A DNA stretch of 58,090 nucleotides from Gammaproteobacteria bacterium (GTDB lineage Bacteria; Pseudomonadota; Gammaproteobacteria; JAGOUU01), in contig JAGOUU010000003.1 in the NCBI GenBank assembly GCA_018061105.1, forward strand, positions 1 to 58,090. The letters are read 5' to 3'. Under the pieces are notes generated by a model. The model saw only the letters and a list, made by a program, of their open reading frames with translations, was not told the origin of the DNA and did no database searches. Made by a program: the position numbers and the translations under genes. Of this stretch, positions 53,527 through 58,090 are shown one piece after another (the stretch's first letter is position 1; each line of letters opens with the position of its first letter).

Positions 53527-54719
53527 GAGTGAATGACAGAATCTACAATGCTTATTTTACTTATCATGTAGGCTAGCTGTTCAAAAGTATGGACTGAATT
53601 AGTAGAGTTATACTTATTCATATCTAAATTGACAATAAGCCTGTCTGTTCGTTGCTTTTTGAGCTTAGTTAATTCATTAATTTCATCTATCCTTAGCCTG
53701 TCTATATTCATTGGCCAATTATAAATAATATGATGTTGTCGCTTTGGGTTATTATTTGTATTCTTTGAGATAGATTGAGCGACTTGTAAATCTACTTCTT
53801 CTTTTGTTGCATATCCAGTCCCAACTTTGCTTACTACGACGGCTGCTGCATGAGAAGCCCGTTCAACAGCAGCTATTTTATCTTCATGATTAACTAAAGA
53901 TACAGCTAAAGATGCCAGTACAGTATCTCCCGCTCCAGTGACATCATAAACTTGATTAGCGTATGAGCTTGCCGTATAGCAAAAATTATTTACATCGAAC
54001 AGAGCCATACCATCTGCACCACAAGTTACTAGAAGATAATCTAGTTCTAATTTATGAATTAATTGAAATGCCTTGCTATGAAATAGTGTTTTATTATTTG
54101 ATTCTATTTCGCCAACTACTTCGGTAAATTCTTTATAGTTAGGTGTAAGCATTGTAGCATTGTGATATTTGCTGAAATCTTTACCTTTGGGATCTACCAA
54201 GACAATTTTACCAAGACTTTTAGCATACGTAATAATTTCTGCACATTTATCTAAAGCCCCTTTATTATAGTCAGAACAGACAATAACTGAATGATTAGCA
54301 ATCTTGCTTTTTGTATGAGCATTTAATTCAATTGGACAACTTCTTTGTTCAAAATCTACACGCACTAATTGCTGTTTATTACTTAGCATTCGGTGCTTAG
54401 TAATAGTCGATGTACGAGAGCTATATTGCCAATACTGTTCTATGCCTGCGGCAGTTAAAATCTCACCTAAAGCAACACCATCTTGATCTTGGCCCAATGG
54501 GGCTAAAATAGCCACTTGACCACCTAATTTTCTTATATTGAGAGCGACATTAGCAGCACCACCGGCTCTGTCTTCTGTAGAATCTACAGCTAAAACAGCT
54601 ACAGAAGCTTCTTCTGCAAGCGCCTGAGGAGTGCCTAACCAATATCGGTCAACCATGACATCCCCAATGACTAAAATATTAGTTATTGAGGATTGTTTTG
54701 AGTTATCATATTGAAGCAT
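53523..54719 (-). CDS. hldE: HldE/RfaE-like heptose kinase with degenerate adenylyltransferase domain
   Basis: GDVMVDRY, GGAANVA, SDYNKG, TPNYKE, DVTGAGDTV intact; C-terminal domain keeps DRLIV but lacks GCFD/HxGH and is short. Confidence 0.85.
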   Translation of the reverse strand: MLQYDNSKQSSITNILVIGDVMVDRYWLGTPQALAEEASVAVLAVDSTEDRAGGAANVALNIRKLGGQVAILAPLGQDQDGVALGEILTAAGIEQYWQYSSRTSTITKHRMLSNKQQLVRVDFEQRSCPIELNAHTKSKIANHSVIVCSDYNKGALDKCAEIITYAKSLGKIVLVDPKGKDFSKYHNATMLTPNYKEFTEVVGEIESNNKTLFHSKAFQLIHKLELDYLLVTCGADGMALFDVNNFCYTASSYANQVYDVTGAGDTVLASLAVSLVNHEDKIAAVERASHAAAVVVSKVGTGYATKEEVDLQVAQSISKNTNNNPKRQHHIIYNWPMNIDRLRIDEINELTKLKKQRTDRLIVNLDMNKYNSTNSVHTFEQLAYMISKISIVDSVIHS

Positions 54720-54838
54720 TATTGAGCTTAGATTAATATCTAGTCATATCTTTACCGTGCTAATTATTAGAATTATATGGTAAAATTACTAAGATTTGAA
54801 TACAATTATTCGCTAGCGGGCTAATTTCACTCATCTTT

Positions 54839-55801
54839 ATGGCAAAAATTCATCACCATTCTTTCTGGCGTCTGCTAGCACCACAGTATCTATTAACTTG
54901 GCCACTTTTGTTTGCTTTTTTGCTAATTAGCAAACTACCATATTCTGCAGTATTTTACATAGGGAGAGCTCTGGGGAAACTTGCCTACTGTTTTTTCCCT
55001 AAACGTAAATACATCATCAGGACAAATCTCTCACTTTGTTTCCCTGAGAAATCTCCTACCGAAATTGAACAGCTTTTAAAAGAAAATTTAGAGTCTCTTT
55101 GTATAGGCGCTTGTGAGACAGCCTTAGCATGGTTTGGCCCTGATAAAACTATTAAAATTATTGAAAATAACCTAGTTATTAACAATGAAGACCGGTTAAA
55201 AAATGCTTTATCTAGTGGTAGGCCTGTTTTATTAATTACTCCTCATGCCTCAAGCCAAGAATTATTAAGTAAGATTATGGTAAAAAAATACTCTTTTACT
55301 CCAGTTTTTCGCCATTTAAATAATCCAGTTGCTAATTACTTTATGCAAAAGGCCAGAATAAAAATTTACCCCAATCTTATTCAAAAAGCCGATACCAGGC
55401 AAATTGTCAAAGCTCTAAAACAAAAGCTAACCATTGGTATTTTACCTGATCAAGATTTCGGTCGTCGTCGAAGTGTATTTGCAGAGTTTTTTGGCGTTTC
55501 TGCTGCTACAACAACAGCATTATCTAAATATAAAAAACTCACTAACGCCCAAATAGTAGCTTTAAGCTATGTACGTGATAAACAAGACATAACCAAATTT
55601 ACTGTTAATATTAGTGAACCATTAGATATAACTGGTTATAATCTCGAACAGGATGCTAGAACTTTAAATAAAGAGCTGGAAAAAATTATCACTAAAGATA
55701 TTAGCATGTACTTTTGGGTAGCGCGCAGGTTTAAAACTCGTCCACTCGGCGAAGAGAAAATATACAACTATCAACGAACAATGTTAAGCTATCTTAAATA
55801 G
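54839..55801 (+). CDS. lpxL: Lipid A acyltransferase, LpxL/HtrB family
   Basis: NLSLCFPE, H-x4-E (HASSQE), PDQDFG, FFG, YFWVARRFKTRP. Confidence 0.9.
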   Translation: MAKIHHHSFWRLLAPQYLLTWPLLFAFLLISKLPYSAVFYIGRALGKLAYCFFPKRKYIIRTNLSLCFPEKSPTEIEQLLKENLESLCIGACETALAWFGPDKTIKIIENNLVINNEDRLKNALSSGRPVLLITPHASSQELLSKIMVKKYSFTPVFRHLNNPVANYFMQKARIKIYPNLIQKADTRQIVKALKQKLTIGILPDQDFGRRRSVFAEFFGVSAATTTALSKYKKLTNAQIVALSYVRDKQDITKFTVNISEPLDITGYNLEQDARTLNKELEKIITKDISMYFWVARRFKTRPLGEEKIYNYQRTMLSYLK

Positions 55802-55831
55802 GCCAATTTTATAGACAGGACCCAAACACGG

Positions 55832-56107
55832 ATGTTAGATAACCCTCAGATTAAGATAGCTTTATTAACTTCTTTTTTATGGATATCCTCTATTCCATTA
55901 GTATCAAGTAAAGAGATCCCTGAGCCTTATACTGAAGCTTTAATCAAGACAGCTCCTGCAAGTCTTTTAGACGGCACCGCTGGGGTTTCCGTTATTTATA
56001 AAAAAGCCTATCTTAGTTACACAACTGTTTTTAGAGCTCATGAATTCAAAGGCCAAGCTGGTCAAACAGTTTATGGCAATATAAATTTAGGCTACAGCTT
56101 TGCGTAA
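55832..56107 (+). pseudogene. lpxR: Internally deleted LpxR-like lipid A deacylase
   Basis: Signal-peptide-like N-terminus fused in frame to DGTAGVSVIYKKAYLSYTTVFRAHEFKGQ...YGNINLGYSF, typical last beta-strands of LpxR/DUF2219; 91 aa vs roughly 300+ expected. Confidence 0.7.
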
Positions 56108-56172
56108 TAATCATAATTTGTTAGAAGTTGTTATAATTAAAATATTAGCTTATTAATAGCCCATACTAGCTT

Positions 56173-57300
56173 ATGCAAAAATTAAATTTGTTGCTGTGTA
56201 CAATTATTTTTTCATTCACTGCTTCCGCATTTGCCAAGAATGATTTAGGATCAACAGTTGATTCTTTTATTCATAATTTTGAAAAAGAAAAAAACTCCAT
56301 CTCTGGCGGTGCCATAGCTGTCATTTACAAAGGCCATGTTATTTATAAAAATACATTTGGCCATGAAAAAGACAGCAACAGTCCCAAGATTACTTCTCGT
56401 ACTTTGTTTCCTCTAGCGTCGGTCTCAAAGCCTGTGTCTGCTACTGCAGTAGCTTTATTAGTTGCTAATGGAGTGTTAAATCTCGATGAAAAATATAATC
56501 TGCCGTATTTACAAAATCCAGTTAATATAAAAAACATATTGGGGCATACTACTGGCTATAAGTTTTCAGGCAATATTGAAATTGAACATGGTGATAAAAG
56601 AGATAAAATTTTAAAGTTACTAAAAGTACAATCTCCTACTTGCCAACCTGGAGAATGTTATTCCTATAGTAATACTACTTTTAGTTTAATAGAAGAAGCC
56701 TTAAATACTAAAAATTTAGATTTACAATTAGCAATTAAAAATTTAAGAATAGCGCTTAATACCGACGGTATTCAAGTTGTACCATTACCCGCTAATATGA
56801 GAGTAGCGTATCCCCACATTGTCACTAATAATAGATTTTCTTTCTTTAGAAGAGTGCTACCCTTTCCAAAATATTATCCCAAAGCAGCTCCTGCTGCCGC
56901 AGGTGTTTTTGCTTCTTTAGACGGCATGATAGAAATTTTTAAATTCAATTTTGGCTATCGACCAGACTTGATCTCTAAGGAAATATTAACGTTATTTCAT
57001 ACGCCACTTAGCTTTAATCGTGACATTGCACGCTGGCATACAAAATGGCCAATACCAATTCGAAAAATTGAATCCTATTACGGCGTTGGCTGGAGAATTC
57101 TTAAACCTAAACCATATCCTGACAAAAATTTGATATTCCATAGCGGGACTATATCTGGCATTAAAACTTTTATTGGCTTTATTCCAGCTGAAGAAATAGG
57201 TATCATAGTTTTAACTAATGAAAATTCTAACTTTTGTTTTAAAACAGGTATTAGCTTTTGGGGTAAGTTTTTGAACAAGCAAATTGTTAGTAACACATAA
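56173..57300 (+). CDS. Secreted serine hydrolase, beta-lactamase class C-like family
   Basis: Signal peptide; ASVSKP (SxxK), YSYSN (YxN), HSG. Confidence 0.88.
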   Translation: MQKLNLLLCTIIFSFTASAFAKNDLGSTVDSFIHNFEKEKNSISGGAIAVIYKGHVIYKNTFGHEKDSNSPKITSRTLFPLASVSKPVSATAVALLVANGVLNLDEKYNLPYLQNPVNIKNILGHTTGYKFSGNIEIEHGDKRDKILKLLKVQSPTCQPGECYSYSNTTFSLIEEALNTKNLDLQLAIKNLRIALNTDGIQVVPLPANMRVAYPHIVTNNRFSFFRRVLPFPKYYPKAAPAAAGVFASLDGMIEIFKFNFGYRPDLISKEILTLFHTPLSFNRDIARWHTKWPIPIRKIESYYGVGWRILKPKPYPDKNLIFHSGTISGIKTFIGFIPAEEIGIIVLTNENSNFCFKTGISFWGKFLNKQIVSNT

Positions 57301-57362
57301 CACTCAATAGCTATAAATTTAAACGACAAGTATCAATTGACAATTTTATTACAGAAATTTAT

Positions 57363-57857
57363 TTAACTCGAAACAAACTCTGAATCACTCGCAGCACTAC
57401 CTACCCAAGCAACATCATCTTGGTTGTTTAAAGCATTGTGCATTGCTTCAATGCGGTCTTTAAACAAAAAATTACACACCAGTGCAACCACATAAACGAC
57501 ACAAGATACACCCAGAAAAATCTTAGTTAATATCCGCCAAACTGCTCTGCCATTATACTTGCTGGCACTTCTCCAAGCTGCTATGAAATTAAGCACCGAT
57601 AGTGGTATATAAATACATAGCAACAAATAATCTGATACCAACAGAATATTTGATAAAACCTGATTGCTTGTATTAACAATCCCATAAGATAACATACCAT
57701 GAGCTAAACTAAACAATCCTAATATAACAAACCCAAATATCCAAAAGACATAGACCAATGGCACATTTCCATAATACATATTTTTAAGATCATCAAAATT
57801 TTTTATTTTTACCGCACTAAACCCATTTCTAAAAAAATTACATATTTTATTCGCCAT
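57363..57857 (-). CDS. Hypothetical membrane protein
   Basis: Three TM segments; G.VPL...FW and AWRSA..Y...W pattern of small membrane proteins. Confidence 0.7.
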   Translation of the reverse strand: MANKICNFFRNGFSAVKIKNFDDLKNMYYGNVPLVYVFWIFGFVILGLFSLAHGMLSYGIVNTSNQVLSNILLVSDYLLLCIYIPLSVLNFIAAWRSASKYNGRAVWRILTKIFLGVSCVVYVVALVCNFLFKDRIEAMHNALNNQDDVAWVGSAASDSEFVSS

Positions 57858-57935
57858 ATACTACCTCTATTAAATTGATGATTGACATTGAATCTGGTCT
57901 TTTATTGATTGTTTTTTCTTCTGCCTTAAATCCTC

Positions 57936-58090
57936 TAGGGCCTGTTGATAATTGAGATAAGCGGTTGAAATAAAATAGCAAACTTGTAATATTATGTTGT
58001 CTAAATAAAATAATATAAAACGAGTTTGCTATGGTCCGACTAATGCTCAGCGACGAGCTTTGGTCGAAGTTAAGGACAATAATGCGCCAA
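57936..58090 (+). mobile_element. IS5-family element, left end and transposase start (truncated by window end)
   Basis: TA-GGGCCTGTTGAT candidate terminus; ORF from 58031 MVRLMLSDELWSKLRTIMRQ resembles IS5/IS427-group transposase N-termini. Confidence 0.75.

Overview
AT-rich gammaproteobacterial chromosome segment; lineage not determinable here, but a Legionellales/Coxiellales-like host-associated organism is inferred from the tmRNA 5' end and effector-like orphans. The housekeeping backbone is zapG-degQ, mlaFEDCB-ibaG-murA, kdsDC-lptCAB-hpf-ptsN-rapZ-npr, radA, proS, uup, nadK-recN, fur/bamE/ratAB/smpB/ssrA, ydbH-ynbE-ydbL, prfC-rimI, lptFG/pepA, dut-algC, rpmBG, waaA-coaD, hldE and lpxL. 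It shows local gene loss: rpoN, radC and coaBC are absent from their usual slots, mutM and dinD survive only as remnants, lpxR is internally deleted and the HldE adenylyltransferase domain is degenerate. Accessory insertions include a stand-alone PrnA-like flavin-dependent halogenase plus flavin reductase with an altered substrate lid (top candidate), a PL5 alginate lyase, a secreted PAN/Apple protein, an archaeal/eukaryote-type ProRS, and several effector-like orphans (one lipase-like, one ending in the peroxisomal signal SKL). A 156-bp tandem repeat resembling promoter-short RNA-terminator units lies at the left edge and an IS5-family element starts at the right edge. Features missed by the ORF track (ssrA, rpmG, ynbE, mutM and dinD remnants, IS) were read by hand. 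All family calls are from motif recognition and memory; no database search was run.
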